Positions 34,725 through 45,677 are shown, counted from the stretch's first letter. The stretch: 61,255 nt of DNA from an uncultured Micavibrio sp. (GCA_964427825.1 CAYRUU010000001.1:1-61255); one strand, 5' to 3'. Translations and numbers: made by a program. The notes: generated by a model from the sequence alone, not told the origin.

Positions 34725-36593
34725 TTACAAGGTTTTGGCGCTGTCGTCAACGTGTGGTGTTTCGGTTTCTGGGTCTTTGCCTTCCATCATACGGGCAAAT
34801 TCGTCCTTCTCAATTGTTTCTTTGTCCAAAAGGCGCGCCGCAACGGCATCAAGAATGGTGCGTTTATCCTTTAAGATAGTGAGGGCCTTGTGTTTTGCAT
34901 CGGTGAGAATCGTGTGGACTTCGCGATCAATGGCTTCTGCAGATTTTTCCGAATAATCTTTTTCTTCCGCGACTTCGCGTCCCAAAAAGATGACGTCTTC
35001 ATTTTTTCCAAAGGTGCGAATGCCCAAGCTACTCATGCCGTAGCGCGTAACGATGTTGCGCGCCATGTGTGTTGCACGCTTGAGGTCGTTGGATGGTCCC
35101 GTTGTGACATCGCCAAATACCAGCTCTTCCGCAACATAACCACCAAGGAACATGGAAAGCTCATCAAGGAAGTAGGCGCGTGAGTGTAGACTCTTATCTT
35201 TTTCTGGAACTGCAAGCGTATAGCCTCCAGCGCTGCCGCGTGAAATGATGGAGACCTTGTGCACTGGATCGGTGTGGGTCAGGCTTGCGCCGACAATGGC
35301 ATGACCAGCTTCGTGATAAGCGACGATTTTTTTCTCGTGATCGTCCAAGCGGTTGTTTTTGTGTGCCGGACCAAGTAGGACTTTTTCAATGGAATCCACG
35401 ATATCAATCATGTCGATTTCTTTCTTGTTGCGACGACCGGCAAGTAATGCACCTTCATTCATCAGGTTCATGAGATCCGCACCGGAAAAACCTACCGTGC
35501 GTTGTGCGACGCGTTCCAAATCTACGTCTTCAGCAAGCTTTTTACCTTGCGCGTGAATGGCAAGGATGGCTTTACGGTCTTCAATGTCCGGCAGGTCTAC
35601 TGTAACGCGCCGATCAAAACGACCCGGACGTAATAGCGCCGGATCAAGGACGTCGGGACGGTTGGTTGCTGCTATAACAATGACATTTGTTTGGTTGTCA
35701 AAGCCATCCATTTCCACAAGGATTTGATTGAGTGTCTGTTCACGTTCGTCATGGCCGCCACCGAGACCCGTGCCGCGCTGACGTCCGACGGCGTCAATTT
35801 CATCAATAAACACAATGGCAGGAGCGTGCTTCTTTGCTTGTTTGAAAAGGTCACGAACACGCGACGCACCAACACCGACAAACATTTCCACAAATTCCGA
35901 TCCGCTAATGGAGAAAAATGGTACACCCGCTTCGCCGGCGACGGCGCGCGCGAGCAGAGTTTTCCCCGTTCCTGGACGACCGAGGAGTAAAACGCCCTTG
36001 GGGATTTTGGCACCAAGGTCACGGAATTTTTTGGGTTCCTTAAGAAAATCCACGATTTCAATCAATTCCTCCTTAGCCTCTTTATTACCGGCAACATCGC
36101 TGAATTGTGTACGGTTTTTGGGGTCTTTAGGGTCAATCATGCGCGCGCGCGATGCACCAAACATCATTGCTTGGTTGTTGCCGCGCATGGCCTGCTTCAT
36201 CATGAAAATAATGAGAGCGCCGATAATGAGGATGGGTAGTAGGGCGGGAATAAGAATCGCACTCCACATCGCCCAGCCGGATCGTGTTTCAACGGTGATG
36301 GGGACATTTTTGAGTTTTTCTTGATCAACGCCGAAGTTACGTAGGGTTTCCGTAAGGCTGGCATCAGCCTCTTTGTTGGTTTTTTGCTCCTTGCCATCTT
36401 TGAGTGTTACAGAAACCTTGTTATCGGCGGACACGGCGATTTTATCAATCTTGTCTTCATTGATTTCTTGCGATAGCTGTGTGAGAGAAATATCCTCAGG
36501 TTTTTCTTTTGAGCTCGTGGAGAGGAATAGGAACATCAGCAGGAGCATACCAACCACAATGATTAGCGAAGAATTTTTGATGATTTTATCCAT
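34725..36593 (-). CDS. ftsH: ATP-dependent zinc metalloprotease FtsH
   Basis: 622 aa with Walker A GRPGTGKT, the AAA core and the HEAGHA zinc motif. Confidence 0.95.
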   Translation of the reverse strand: MDKIIKNSSLIIVVGMLLLMFLFLSTSSKEKPEDISLTQLSQEINEDKIDKIAVSADNKVSVTLKDGKEQKTNKEADASLTETLRNFGVDQEKLKNVPITVETRSGWAMWSAILIPALLPILIIGALIIFMMKQAMRGNNQAMMFGASRARMIDPKDPKNRTQFSDVAGNKEAKEELIEIVDFLKEPKKFRDLGAKIPKGVLLLGRPGTGKTLLARAVAGEAGVPFFSISGSEFVEMFVGVGASRVRDLFKQAKKHAPAIVFIDEIDAVGRQRGTGLGGGHDEREQTLNQILVEMDGFDNQTNVIVIAATNRPDVLDPALLRPGRFDRRVTVDLPDIEDRKAILAIHAQGKKLAEDVDLERVAQRTVGFSGADLMNLMNEGALLAGRRNKKEIDMIDIVDSIEKVLLGPAHKNNRLDDHEKKIVAYHEAGHAIVGASLTHTDPVHKVSIISRGSAGGYTLAVPEKDKSLHSRAYFLDELSMFLGGYVAEELVFGDVTTGPSNDLKRATHMARNIVTRYGMSSLGIRTFGKNEDVIFLGREVAEEKDYSEKSAEAIDREVHTILTDAKHKALTILKDKRTILDAVAARLLDKETIEKDEFARMMEGKDPETETPHVDDSAKTL

Positions 36594-36641
36594 AGTGATA
36601 TTGTCAGAAATGATTAGAAATTTTTGTATGCAAAAAAGAAA

Positions 36642-37601
36642 CTATTTTTCAGTACATACAAGGTATACTGTATCATTTTTTTTCAGGAGTTTCAAGTTTT
36701 TACTTGTAAATTGCAATATTTTTGGCTTTGCGCTTGTGATGATCTTGCGTAGTTCGTCAATGCGGTTTTTGGTAATAGCGGTGGAGGAGCCGCACAGTTC
36801 CGTGATCATGGTGTAGAGGGTGTGCCGCTGTTTGTCTGGGGAGAGCGCAATAAAGTGTTTTGCATGAAATGTGCTTGTGCGTGTGGCGCGGTCACTATGC
36901 CAAAACGGTGCTGGCGCGGAAGAGTGTGTGATGTTTTGTGCTGTGCGAGCGAGGGTTGCGATGATGTTGGGGTTGTAATGACGCGCGAGATAGGGGATGA
37001 GCCGATGGCGAATGTGATTGCGGGTGTAGGCGGGGTTGGTGTTTGTGCTGTCAATACGAAAGGGGATGCGCCGCGCGGTGATATAGTCGTGCACGGTGTC
37101 ACGCGTTACGTCAAGGAGCGGGCGTGCGATGTGGGAGGGTGATGTCATGGACATCCCGCGCAGTCCGTTTGGTCCCGCGCCACGCAAGAGGTGGAGGAGA
37201 ATGGTTTCCGCCTGATCGTTTTGTGTGTGGGCGACGAGGATGGCGCTTGCGTCGTAGCGCATGCGCAGTTTTTCAAAAAATGTATAGCGCGTAGTGCGCA
37301 GAGTATTTTCGGATGGATGGCGCGTTGTTTTTGTAGGGTGTAAAACATGGTAATGCAGTCCGTGATGGTGCGCCGTTTCTGCAACAAGTACTTCGTCGGC
37401 ATCGGCATCCGCACCGCGCAAGCGATAGTTTACATGCGCAACGATCAGTGTCAGGTCCTCTTTGTGCGCAATGCGCGTCATGACATCCAATAAGCACATA
37501 CTATCCGGTCCGCCGGATACACCAATGATCAGCGTGTCGCCATCGTGCCACATGCGGTGCAGTGCGTTTTGGTGTTGAACATGGAGGACGAGATTTTTCA
37601 T
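36642..37601 (-). CDS. tilS: tRNA(Ile)-lysidine synthase
   Basis: 319 aa with the PP-loop IIGVSGGPDSMCLL. Confidence 0.88.
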   Translation of the reverse strand: MKNLVLHVQHQNALHRMWHDGDTLIIGVSGGPDSMCLLDVMTRIAHKEDLTLIVAHVNYRLRGADADADEVLVAETAHHHGLHYHVLHPTKTTRHPSENTLRTTRYTFFEKLRMRYDASAILVAHTQNDQAETILLHLLRGAGPNGLRGMSMTSPSHIARPLLDVTRDTVHDYITARRIPFRIDSTNTNPAYTRNHIRHRLIPYLARHYNPNIIATLARTAQNITHSSAPAPFWHSDRATRTSTFHAKHFIALSPDKQRHTLYTMITELCGSSTAITKNRIDELRKIITSAKPKILQFTSKNLKLLKKNDTVYLVCTEK

Positions 37602-37615
37602 GAGAAAAGGGGGTG

Positions 37616-38194
37616 CTATACTGTGGGACGACTGTGTGTGCGGATAATCTTTTCAATGTCAGAAATGGCGTCATTGAGATGTCCTTGGCGATTGATGACG
37701 GTGTAGTCATAGATGTCTGTGTGCTGCAGCCACTCTTTGGTGTAGGCCATGCGTTCTATCACATAGTCTTCCGTCACGTCACTGCGTCTGCGGATACGTT
37801 CCTCCAAGACCTCCAAGGATTCCGCCATGAGAAAAACGGCAATGATATTGGGAAAGATTTTTTTTGCTGTTAGGACGCCCTTGTAGTCAATCTTCCACAG
37901 AGCGATATTGCCTTGAGAAGTAATGTCGTCAAACGCTTTGTGTGTGACACCGTAGTACTGCCCGTTGTAGTGTTGTGCCCATTCCACGAGGGCGTCTTGG
38001 GCAATCAGGTCCTGGAATTGTTGCACTGTGACAAAGTGGTAGGGATTGCCTTCTGTTTCTCCGGAGCGCATGGCGCGCGTTGTTGTGGTTGTGACAACGT
38101 GCATATCTGCGTTTTTGGTTTTTAGTCCTTGGATCACGGAATCTTCGCCTGCACCGGAAGGGCCAGAGATGATGAAAATATTGTTGTACTGCAT
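37616..38194 (-). CDS. gmk: guanylate kinase family protein (atypical P-loop)
   Basis: 192 aa with TTTTTRAMRSGETEGNPYHFV and EWAQHYNGQYYGV, typical of Gmk. The P-loop reads GPSGAGEDS, with Glu where the Walker-A Lys is expected. Confidence 0.8.
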   Translation of the reverse strand: MQYNNIFIISGPSGAGEDSVIQGLKTKNADMHVVTTTTTRAMRSGETEGNPYHFVTVQQFQDLIAQDALVEWAQHYNGQYYGVTHKAFDDITSQGNIALWKIDYKGVLTAKKIFPNIIAVFLMAESLEVLEERIRRRSDVTEDYVIERMAYTKEWLQHTDIYDYTVINRQGHLNDAISDIEKIIRTHSRPTV

Positions 38195-38231
38195 AGGTGT
38201 TTGTGGAGTATAATGATTGTGTATTTTTGTG

Positions 38232-38268
38232 AAAAACGCGCCCGTTTTGTAGACGCGGGCGCGTTTTT
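38232..38268 (-). terminator. Rho-independent terminator after rpsA (bidirectional shape)
   Basis: AAAAACGCGCCCG-loop-CGGGCGCGTTTTT. Confidence 0.8.
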
Positions 38269-38271
38269 GGA

Positions 38272-39660
38272 CTACTTCTTCTTTGTGATGCGTGGTTTTT
38301 CCTCTGCAGCGGTGCTATCACTTTCTTTCTCCGGCTCTTCTTTTGCCACGGTGTCTTGTGCGCTTTGCAGTTCTTTCATCTTCTTGTCGTCAATCAATAC
38401 AAGTCCCATACGGTGTTCTTTCGGTTCAATGGAGAGAACTTTCCACATGTACTCCTTCTTGGATTCGATTTTCTCATCCAGTTTTTTACCGGGATACATT
38501 TCTTGAAACTCGCTGACGTGCGCCAAGCCGTGGATGTCGCTGTCAAGATAGACAAATGCGCCAAAATGCGTAATTTTGTCCACTTTGCCTTGGTAGATGC
38601 CACCAACGGCATACTTGTCGGTGATTTTGGTCCACGGGTCTTCCTTGAGTGCCTTGATGGAGAGGGAGATGCGTGTGTCGTCAATACCGATGATCTTGGC
38701 CTCCGTTTTATCGCCAACCTTGATCACTTCGCGCGGGTTGTCAATCAACTGCCATGCAAGTTCACTGATGTGGATGAGTCCTTCCAGGCGATCGTCGTCC
38801 TCCGTGGAGTCAGTGTGCGAGGGGAAGAATTTAACAAATGCGCCAAAGTCCACAACGCCGCTGACTTCGCCGGTGATGGTGTCGCCAACGGTCAATCCGG
38901 CAATGATCTTGCGTTCGCGATCGCTGTGGGCGGCTTTTTCGGAGACGATCAGTTTCTCATCTACTTGGTGGATGTCAATAATACGCACGCCGAGCTCTTG
39001 CCCGACCAAGCGCTTCAGCAATTCAAGGATTTTATTCTTGTCACCGTCCTCCACGCGTGGATAGTTTTTGCTGGAAAGTTGTGAAACGGGCAAAAAGCCT
39101 GTGACGCCATTGATCTCCACCATAAGTCCGCCCTTGTTGGCGTCCATGATTTTAACGGCAATCGTTTCTTTGTCGTCCATTTTTGCGCGCAAATCATCCC
39201 AGGCGCGCTCATACGACGCTTCACGGATGGAAAGTTCAATATAGCCGTCATCGTTATCAAGATCCACAACCGTTGCCTGCACTTTGCTGCCTGCACGGAG
39301 TTTTGCATCCTCTGCTAAACCGCTCTTTGCTTCGCGTCCGATCACCATACCGGTGCCGATGGGCCCGATATCCAAAAGGACGATGTTTGCGGAAATATCA
39401 ATCACTGTGGCGTCAATCACATCGCCCACGCGGGGAATGTGGAGATCTTGCCCGTCAAGTAATTGCTGCATAGCTGACGCTGCGGCTTGCGGTGCTGCGG
39501 GAGTGGGTTTTTTTGTCGATGCCGCCTGTGTGACGGTCTGGTCTTCCGCTGCGGCGATGTCCTCTTGCGGTGTGTCCGCTATGGCGGGTTTATCGACTTT
39601 TTTGCTTCCTGCTTTTACTTCCTCCACGATCTTGTCGAGGAGACTTTCCAATTTTGACAT
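38272..39660 (-). CDS. rpsA: 30S ribosomal protein S1-like protein (multiple S1 domains)
   Basis: Start trimmed to the ATG at 39660 (MSKLESLL). Contains several S1 repeats, e.g. GEVSGVVDFGAFVKF and GKVDKITHFGAFVYL. Confidence 0.85.
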   Translation of the reverse strand: MSKLESLLDKIVEEVKAGSKKVDKPAIADTPQEDIAAAEDQTVTQAASTKKPTPAAPQAAASAMQQLLDGQDLHIPRVGDVIDATVIDISANIVLLDIGPIGTGMVIGREAKSGLAEDAKLRAGSKVQATVVDLDNDDGYIELSIREASYERAWDDLRAKMDDKETIAVKIMDANKGGLMVEINGVTGFLPVSQLSSKNYPRVEDGDKNKILELLKRLVGQELGVRIIDIHQVDEKLIVSEKAAHSDRERKIIAGLTVGDTITGEVSGVVDFGAFVKFFPSHTDSTEDDDRLEGLIHISELAWQLIDNPREVIKVGDKTEAKIIGIDDTRISLSIKALKEDPWTKITDKYAVGGIYQGKVDKITHFGAFVYLDSDIHGLAHVSEFQEMYPGKKLDEKIESKKEYMWKVLSIEPKEHRMGLVLIDDKKMKELQSAQDTVAKEEPEKESDSTAAEEKPRITKKK

Positions 39661-40085
39661 AGTGCGTTTAGGTGTCCGCGCCCCATCGGACGTTAGATGA
39701 TTATACCATCGGAGCAAAACACAAAAATTTCCACAATCAAAGCGGAAACCATCAAACAGTTTTCGTCGCGAGATTAAACCATCCCCGACGTTCACACGAC
39801 CGTGCGCCGCATGAATCTTCACTTGTTTAATAATTATCCTCTCCACCGTGTCTTGTCAGTATAGGGGAAGATGGCAAAAAATGCAAGAGTTGTATCTAAA
39901 AGAGTGCGCTTCGGATATTTTTGCATCTTTTATCCGTGAGAGCTGTGAGATCGTTTATTGCTTAAAAATCACCATCATAGTACTCAAGAGAAGACATTCT
40001 TCTTGATCCGCCGAGAAAGATGCGGAATAAAGATGGCAGTGATACAATGGAGGTGTAATGGTTGTAGTGAATATAGCTCTGTGAT

Positions 40086-40499
40086 ATGGGATTGTGGCGT
40101 AAAAAACGTGTGAAGGGTGGTGTGGCGGGGCATGCGGTGGGGCGCGCTGGGGAGGATGCGGCGGTGCGGTTTTTGCAGGACAAGGGCTACATGATTGTGG
40201 CACGCAATTGGTACAATCCGCGCGGGCGGCGTGTGGGTGAGATTGATATTATTGCCAAGGATAAGCAGCAGTGGGTTTTTGTGGAGGTGAAGACGAGCGC
40301 TGTGGTTGCGGATGTGCACCGCTTGCCACCGCAGGAGCACATTACGGCGCACAAGATGCACAAGATGTCCGCCGCGGCGCAGGCGTATTTGCGGGCGCAT
40401 GATCGGATGGATGCGTCGTGGCGCTGTGATGCTGTGGCGGTGTATATGGCGGAGGGTGCGGTGGTGAATATTGTGCATTTGCCGCATATTTTTGTGTAG
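40086..40499 (+). CDS. yraN: YraN-family (UPF0102) endonuclease-like protein
   Basis: 137 aa with GEDAAVRFLQDKGYMIVARNW..GEIDIIAKD..VFVEVK. Confidence 0.8.
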   Translation: MGLWRKKRVKGGVAGHAVGRAGEDAAVRFLQDKGYMIVARNWYNPRGRRVGEIDIIAKDKQQWVFVEVKTSAVVADVHRLPPQEHITAHKMHKMSAAAQAYLRAHDRMDASWRCDAVAVYMAEGAVVNIVHLPHIFV

Positions 40500-40708
40500 G
40501 TTTTTTGGAAAGAGTTCGGTTCAGGTTGGGAGATATGTATTGATAAAAAGAACAATGAGGTTCAGGGCAGGAGGTCTGAAGCAACATATAATGTCGGCAT
40601 GACACGTGAGTGGGACCTAATTTTGATATGTGCAAGGGTATTGCCTAGACACGTTGTGGGCGCCTTGGTATACTGGAGGCAGGAGTTTCATTTTTTAGCA
40701 CCACGCAT

Positions 40709-41068
40709 ATGACACTTGATGATGCGACGCGAGAAGCGTTACACAAAACATTGTTAACAGATAAAGAGGATTTGGAAAAACAATTGGCGCGCTTTGCGAA
40801 AAAAGGGGACTGTGTTGATGGGGATTGCTATGAAACGACGTTTCCGGAGGATTTGGGCAATGAGATTGGGGAGAATGCGTCGGAGGTGGAGCAATATGTG
40901 GGCAATATCGCCCTGGAGCATTCGTTGGAAACGCAACTGCGTGATGTCAATGATGCGTTGGAAAAAATGGACAAGGGCACGTATGGCATTGATGAAGAAA
41001 CAGGAGAGCCGATCGCTGTAGAACGTCTCAAAGCATATCCTGCGGCGCGCACAAATATTTCCGCATAA
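40709..41068 (+). CDS. DksA/TraR-family-like protein lacking the Cys4 zinc finger
   Basis: 119 aa with a coiled-coil region and a C-terminal KGTYGIDEETGEPIAVERLKAYPAART. No Cys in the finger region. Confidence 0.6.
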   Translation: MTLDDATREALHKTLLTDKEDLEKQLARFAKKGDCVDGDCYETTFPEDLGNEIGENASEVEQYVGNIALEHSLETQLRDVNDALEKMDKGTYGIDEETGEPIAVERLKAYPAARTNISA

Positions 41069-41078
41069 CGTTTAGAAT

Positions 41079-41498
41079 ATGACGGCGCATTGTCGGGGGC
41101 GGTGGTTTCTTGTGGGAAGTGCGTTTATAGGTCTTTTTGTCATCGTTGATCAGTGGATGACGCGACAGATGATGATGTCCGCGTTATACCTGTGCAATAA
41201 AGGTATTGCATTTGGCATTGGACTCCCTGATGTGGTTTTTGTTGTCACGTGGATTGGTGTGGTGGGGTTTTTGGGATGGTTATGGTGGCGTGGTACAACG
41301 TGGACGCCGGTAGATCACGTGGCGTTTGTCATGATTTTTGCGGGGGCGGCTGGCAATCTTGCCGATCGTATTCGCTATGGCTGTGTTGTGGACTACATAC
41401 CTTTTTTGTCTGTGTCATTATTTAATGTAGCGGATGTGCTCATCACGTGCGGCGCGCTCATTGTTGCGTGGCGTATGTTTGTGACGTCGCGACGCTGA
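41079..41498 (+). CDS. lspA: lipoprotein signal peptidase (signal peptidase II)
   Basis: 139 aa with NKGIAFGI, GAAGNLADRIRYGCVVDYI and FNVADVLI. Confidence 0.88.
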   Translation: MTAHCRGRWFLVGSAFIGLFVIVDQWMTRQMMMSALYLCNKGIAFGIGLPDVVFVVTWIGVVGFLGWLWWRGTTWTPVDHVAFVMIFAGAAGNLADRIRYGCVVDYIPFLSVSLFNVADVLITCGALIVAWRMFVTSRR

Positions 41499-41507
41499 GA
41501 GAATAGT

Positions 41508-43028
41508 ATGCCATCAAAAATTTTATCCGCGGCGACGGTTGGGCTACATGGGGCGATTGTGGAGGTGGAGGTGGATGTGCTCAGCAGTGGTATGCACCAC
41601 TTCACCATTGTGGGTCTGCCGGATGTGTCTGTGAAGGAATCGCGCGAGCGCGTGAGCAGTGCGATCAAAAACAGCGGTTTTACACCGGTGCATCACAGTG
41701 GGCGCATCACGGTGAACTTGGCACCCGCCGATTTGCAAAAATCAAGCCCCATTTACGATGTGCCAATGGCGCTAGGGTTTTTGATGGCAACAGGACAGTT
41801 GACATTTGATGCGCGCGGTAAATTATTTGTGGGAGAGCTAGCGCTGGATGGTACGGTACGTGGCGTGAGCGGAGTGTTGCCGATTGCGCTTTTTGCCAAA
41901 GCGTCGGGTATGACAGAGTTCTATGTGCCGCGTGACAATGTACGTGAGGCGGCTGCTGTGGATGGACTGACGGTGTATGGTGTGGCGTCGCTGCGTGAGC
42001 TTGCCGAGCATGTGACGGGACGCGCAATATTGACACCGCAGATGTATGTGCCCATTACACCCGATGCAAATATGCGCACACCGTTGGATTTTTGCGATGT
42101 GCGCGGACACGAGCATGCAAAGCGGGCACTGGAGATTGCTGCTGCGGGTGGACACAATGTTATTTTTCATGGTCCTCCCGGGTCAGGTAAGACACTGCTT
42201 GCCAAGACGTTTGCGTCTATTTTGCCGACACTGTCTCAGCAAGAGGTGTTGGATATTACAAAAATTTACTCCGTTGCGGGACTATTATCACACAGCGAGC
42301 AGTTGATTGCCCAACGACAGTTTCGCGCGCCACATCACAGCGCATCGGCGGTGTCACTGATCGGCGGTGGCACAAATCCCAGACCCGGCGAAATTACACT
42401 TGCACATCGCGGTGTATTGTTTCTGGATGAATTTGCGGAGTTTCCGCGTGCGGTTCTGGAAAATTTGCGCCAGCCGTTGGAGGACGGTATCGTGACGATT
42501 GCACGTGCCAAATCTAGCGTCACCTATCCAGCACACTTCATTCTTGTGGCGGCAATGAATCCGTGTCCGTGCGGTTTTGCCACAGATCCTGACAAAAACT
42601 GCACGTGCAGTGCGGCACATATTGCGCGCTATACGCAAAAAATTTCCGGACCAATTTTGGATCGTATTGATCTGCATGTGGATGTGCCGCGGATCCATGT
42701 GGATGTATTGGATAGCGATATAGCGGAAGGGGAGGATAGTGCGACCATTCGGGCGCGCGTGGAGGCGGCGCGTGCGCAACAGCAGGCGCGTTTTGGGGCA
42801 CGCAATGTGATCAATGCAGAAATGGGACAAAAAGATGTAGCAAACTATTGTGTTTTGGATGTACCGTCGCGTCAGATCTTACGCGCGGCGGCGGAAAAAT
42901 TGGATCTCAGTGCGCGCGCGTACTTTCGCATGATTAAGGTTGCGCGAACGATTGCCGATCTTGCCGGAGAAGAGCGGATTGCGAAGCAACATATTGCAGA
43001 AGCGTTGCAATATCGCCCGAAAGTATAA
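41508..43028 (+). CDS. comM: YifB/ComM family Mg-chelatase-like AAA+ ATPase
   Basis: 506 aa with Walker A GPPGSGKT and the Walker B region LFLDEFAEF. Confidence 0.9.
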   Translation: MPSKILSAATVGLHGAIVEVEVDVLSSGMHHFTIVGLPDVSVKESRERVSSAIKNSGFTPVHHSGRITVNLAPADLQKSSPIYDVPMALGFLMATGQLTFDARGKLFVGELALDGTVRGVSGVLPIALFAKASGMTEFYVPRDNVREAAAVDGLTVYGVASLRELAEHVTGRAILTPQMYVPITPDANMRTPLDFCDVRGHEHAKRALEIAAAGGHNVIFHGPPGSGKTLLAKTFASILPTLSQQEVLDITKIYSVAGLLSHSEQLIAQRQFRAPHHSASAVSLIGGGTNPRPGEITLAHRGVLFLDEFAEFPRAVLENLRQPLEDGIVTIARAKSSVTYPAHFILVAAMNPCPCGFATDPDKNCTCSAAHIARYTQKISGPILDRIDLHVDVPRIHVDVLDSDIAEGEDSATIRARVEAARAQQQARFGARNVINAEMGQKDVANYCVLDVPSRQILRAAAEKLDLSARAYFRMIKVARTIADLAGEERIAKQHIAEALQYRPKV

Positions 43029-43058
43029 GAGGTGTATGCACAGATGTGGTGTGCGCTA

Positions 43059-43826
43059 CTATGAGCGATATTTTCCACGCAGCCAATTCCAGCGTACACG
43101 CAAGATTTGCTTTGCCATGTCCAAGGATTCTTTGACGAACTTACCACCGCGGTTTTTGGTGTCGGACACGTCCTCATCTTCCCAGTGAACAGGCACTTCT
43201 TTGATACGGTGGCCGAGTTTTTGCGCCATAAAGAGGAGTTCCACATCAAATGCCGTCACTGTCCATCCTTCGCTTTTCAGCGTAACGGCGTCAAGGCGCG
43301 GGAACAGTTTTTGTGCCAAATCGGTGCGATACATCTTAAAACCGCACTGTGTGTCGTTGATGTTGCGTAGCAGAAAGGTCTTGCGAAAAAGACGGAACAG
43401 AGTGGATGCTGTTTTGCGTAGCAGAGAAAAGTTTTGGCGCTCTGTGCCACGTGACCCAATGACGATATCGTAACCTTGATCAAAAAAGGGGAGCATTTTT
43501 GTCACTTCTGACACAGGTGTAGACATGTCCATATCCGGTGTGCAAATTAGTGTGCCACGTGCATGACGAATCCCGTTGAGGAGTCCTGCGGCCTTGCCGC
43601 CGTGGTCACCCCTGATCAGTGAAAACTGTGGATGCTGTGTCACATAGTCCGCCACAAATGCGTCACTGCCGTCTGTGGAGCCATCATCATTGATCACTAC
43701 TTCCCACGTGTAAAGCTGCTTTTCCAAAAACGTGCGCACCTCATTCAAAACACCGCGTTCAAGATTTTTCTTTTCGTTGTACTGCGTGATGACGATGGAC
43801 AAAAAGATGTCCCGTGATTGCTCCAT
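43059..43826 (-). CDS. family 2 glycosyltransferase (polyprenyl-phosphate sugar transferase-like)
   Basis: Start trimmed to the ATG at 43826 (MEQSRDIFLSIVITQYNE). Contains VINDDGSTDGS and TPDMDMS. Confidence 0.85.
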   Translation of the reverse strand: MEQSRDIFLSIVITQYNEKKNLERGVLNEVRTFLEKQLYTWEVVINDDGSTDGSDAFVADYVTQHPQFSLIRGDHGGKAAGLLNGIRHARGTLICTPDMDMSTPVSEVTKMLPFFDQGYDIVIGSRGTERQNFSLLRKTASTLFRLFRKTFLLRNINDTQCGFKMYRTDLAQKLFPRLDAVTLKSEGWTVTAFDVELLFMAQKLGHRIKEVPVHWEDEDVSDTKNRGGKFVKESLDMAKQILRVRWNWLRGKYRS

Positions 43827-43925
43827 AGTGGTATGATAATAATGATTGTATGCTTTCAGTATAGAACAAAGATGATTTTGCGCAATGCTTTTCTTTGTAG
43901 GGGGTTTTCCTCTATAATACATTAC

Positions 43926-44891
43926 ATGCATGCACGTGTACGAAAAAAATTACTCAGACGCTATGCGCTGATTGTTGGTCAGGTGGCGGTTGTTGTTGGT
44001 GCCGTTTGGTGGGTGTGGCGCATGGAGGGTGAGCCGTTTGTGCGACAGGCGTTTGTGGAGGATGTGACGATTGTGGATGATGGGACGATGAGTATTGTGT
44101 CGCGTGCTGATGCGCAGACCGTGAGTGATGTGTTGCGGGTGTCAGGGGTGGTGGTGTCGGAAAATGATCGTGTGTTTCCGGCGGTGGATACACCGGTATT
44201 TTCCTTGGATGTGATTACGATTGATCGCATGCATACCATGACCGTGGCGGTGGACAAGGAGCGGCGTACGGTGCGGACGTTTCGCGATCGTGTGGATGAG
44301 GCGCTGGCGCGTGGGGGTGTACACGTGGATCCGGATGATCTTGTGGAGCCGGTAGGGGCGCATATTGTGGTGAGTGATGTGGATGTGGTGGTGACGCGTG
44401 TGACCATTGTGGAAGAGGTTGTGACAAAAAAAATCCCATTTGACACAAAGGAAACAGAAGATGATACGGTGAGTTTTCTTAAGAAAATTATTGCGCAAAA
44501 GGGAATGAGTGGCACAAAGACGATCACGTATCGCGTGGCGTATCATGACGGCGCGGAGGTGAAGCGTCAGGTGATCGGCGAAGAAGTGACCAAGGAACCG
44601 GTGATAGAGGAGGTGGTGCAGGGCACGAAGGTTACGGTGAGTAAAACACACAAGGGGGCGTGTTCGTGGTATAGTCACACGGGAACGATGGCGGCGGCAA
44701 ACCCGTGGATGCCCATTGGGTCGTATGCGCGTGTGACAAACATGGACAATGGAAAGTCAGTGATTGTGCGCATCAATGATCGCGGTCCGTTTGTGCCGGG
44801 GCGTATCATTGACTTGGACAAGGTGGCTTTTGAAAAAATTGCATCACTGGGGGCGGGTGTGATTGCGGTGAAGATGGAGGAAATTCACTAG
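43926..44891 (+). CDS. membrane-anchored G5 domain + RlpA-like double-psi beta-barrel protein
   Basis: Start set at MHARVRKK, followed by a TM helix. G5-like segment: KGMSGTKTITYRVAYHDGAEVKRQVIGEEV. C-terminal segment: ARVTNMDNGKSVIVRINDRGPFVPGRIIDL. Confidence 0.8.
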   Translation: MHARVRKKLLRRYALIVGQVAVVVGAVWWVWRMEGEPFVRQAFVEDVTIVDDGTMSIVSRADAQTVSDVLRVSGVVVSENDRVFPAVDTPVFSLDVITIDRMHTMTVAVDKERRTVRTFRDRVDEALARGGVHVDPDDLVEPVGAHIVVSDVDVVVTRVTIVEEVVTKKIPFDTKETEDDTVSFLKKIIAQKGMSGTKTITYRVAYHDGAEVKRQVIGEEVTKEPVIEEVVQGTKVTVSKTHKGACSWYSHTGTMAAANPWMPIGSYARVTNMDNGKSVIVRINDRGPFVPGRIIDLDKVAFEKIASLGAGVIAVKMEEIH

Positions 44892-45565
44892 CACTCTTGT
44901 GATTGTTGGTGCGTGGCGGTGTGCGGTGCGGGACAGTATTTTTTCCACAGAACTACTACGCCAATACACAAAACAATCAACCAAAAAGCAACCTCTCCGA
45001 GGGTGCGCGACAGGACATCATAGCTGTGTCCAAAAAAGTAGCCGAGTGCCACGTAGAGTCCCGCCCAGAGTGTGCCACCAAAAATATTATAGACAAAAAA
45101 TGTCCGCAGGGGTACTTGCGAAGATCCGGCAACAAACGGAACAAGCGCGCGTGTCAAAGAGTTCAGTCTGCCAAACACAAGTGCCTTACCGGTGCGGTTA
45201 CGCAGAAGAGAGGCTGTCCACGCAAGATTGTCTTGCGAGATGAAGACGAAGCGTGCAAATCGTTGCAAGAAGGCATTGCCATAACGCCTGCCGATCGCAT
45301 AGCCGATCCAGTCACCGACGATGGCGCCGAGCGCCGCCAAGATGAAGAGTATGAGGGGATTGCATAGCCCAGCTTTTGCCAGAAAACCCGCGCCGATCAC
45401 TAGTGTTTGTCCGGGTACCATGATGCCGACGATGGGCACTGATTCGCTGAGTGCAGACAAAAATGCAATTATTATGATCCACCATTCCGTGACTGCGGGT
45501 GCGAGTGTGTGAGTATAGTGGAAGATTGCTGGTGTGCTGGTGAGTGTTGCAGTGAAGAGATGCAT
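44888..45565 (-). CDS. DedA-family membrane protein
   Basis: 225 aa with SESVPIVGIMVPGQTLVIGAGFLA and several TM helices. Confidence 0.8.
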   Translation of the reverse strand: MHLFTATLTSTPAIFHYTHTLAPAVTEWWIIIIAFLSALSESVPIVGIMVPGQTLVIGAGFLAKAGLCNPLILFILAALGAIVGDWIGYAIGRRYGNAFLQRFARFVFISQDNLAWTASLLRNRTGKALVFGRLNSLTRALVPFVAGSSQVPLRTFFVYNIFGGTLWAGLYVALGYFFGHSYDVLSRTLGEVAFWLIVLCIGVVVLWKKYCPAPHTATHQQSQEC

Positions 45566-45677
45566 AAGTTGTGTGTGGGACTGTTACTATGATGTGGCGC
45601 GCGTGAGGTTGTTACGGATCTTGTGTAGTGGAGCGTTCTCCTCTAGTATACGTGATAAGAACATAGAAGGAAATATC

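Noticed and set aside
39661-39846. N-terminal 62-aa extension of the S1 protein ORF; the same applies to 14254-14433 for rplS
   Set aside because: The extensions have non-coding-like composition. Conserved protein starts (MSKLESLL and MHNEII) occur at internal ATGs.
40520-40620. SRP (4.5S) RNA, because TCAGGGCAGGAGGTCTGAAGCA resembles the domain IV motif
   Set aside because: The flanking sequences are not complementary, so no long helix forms. The loop is not a GNRA tetraloop.
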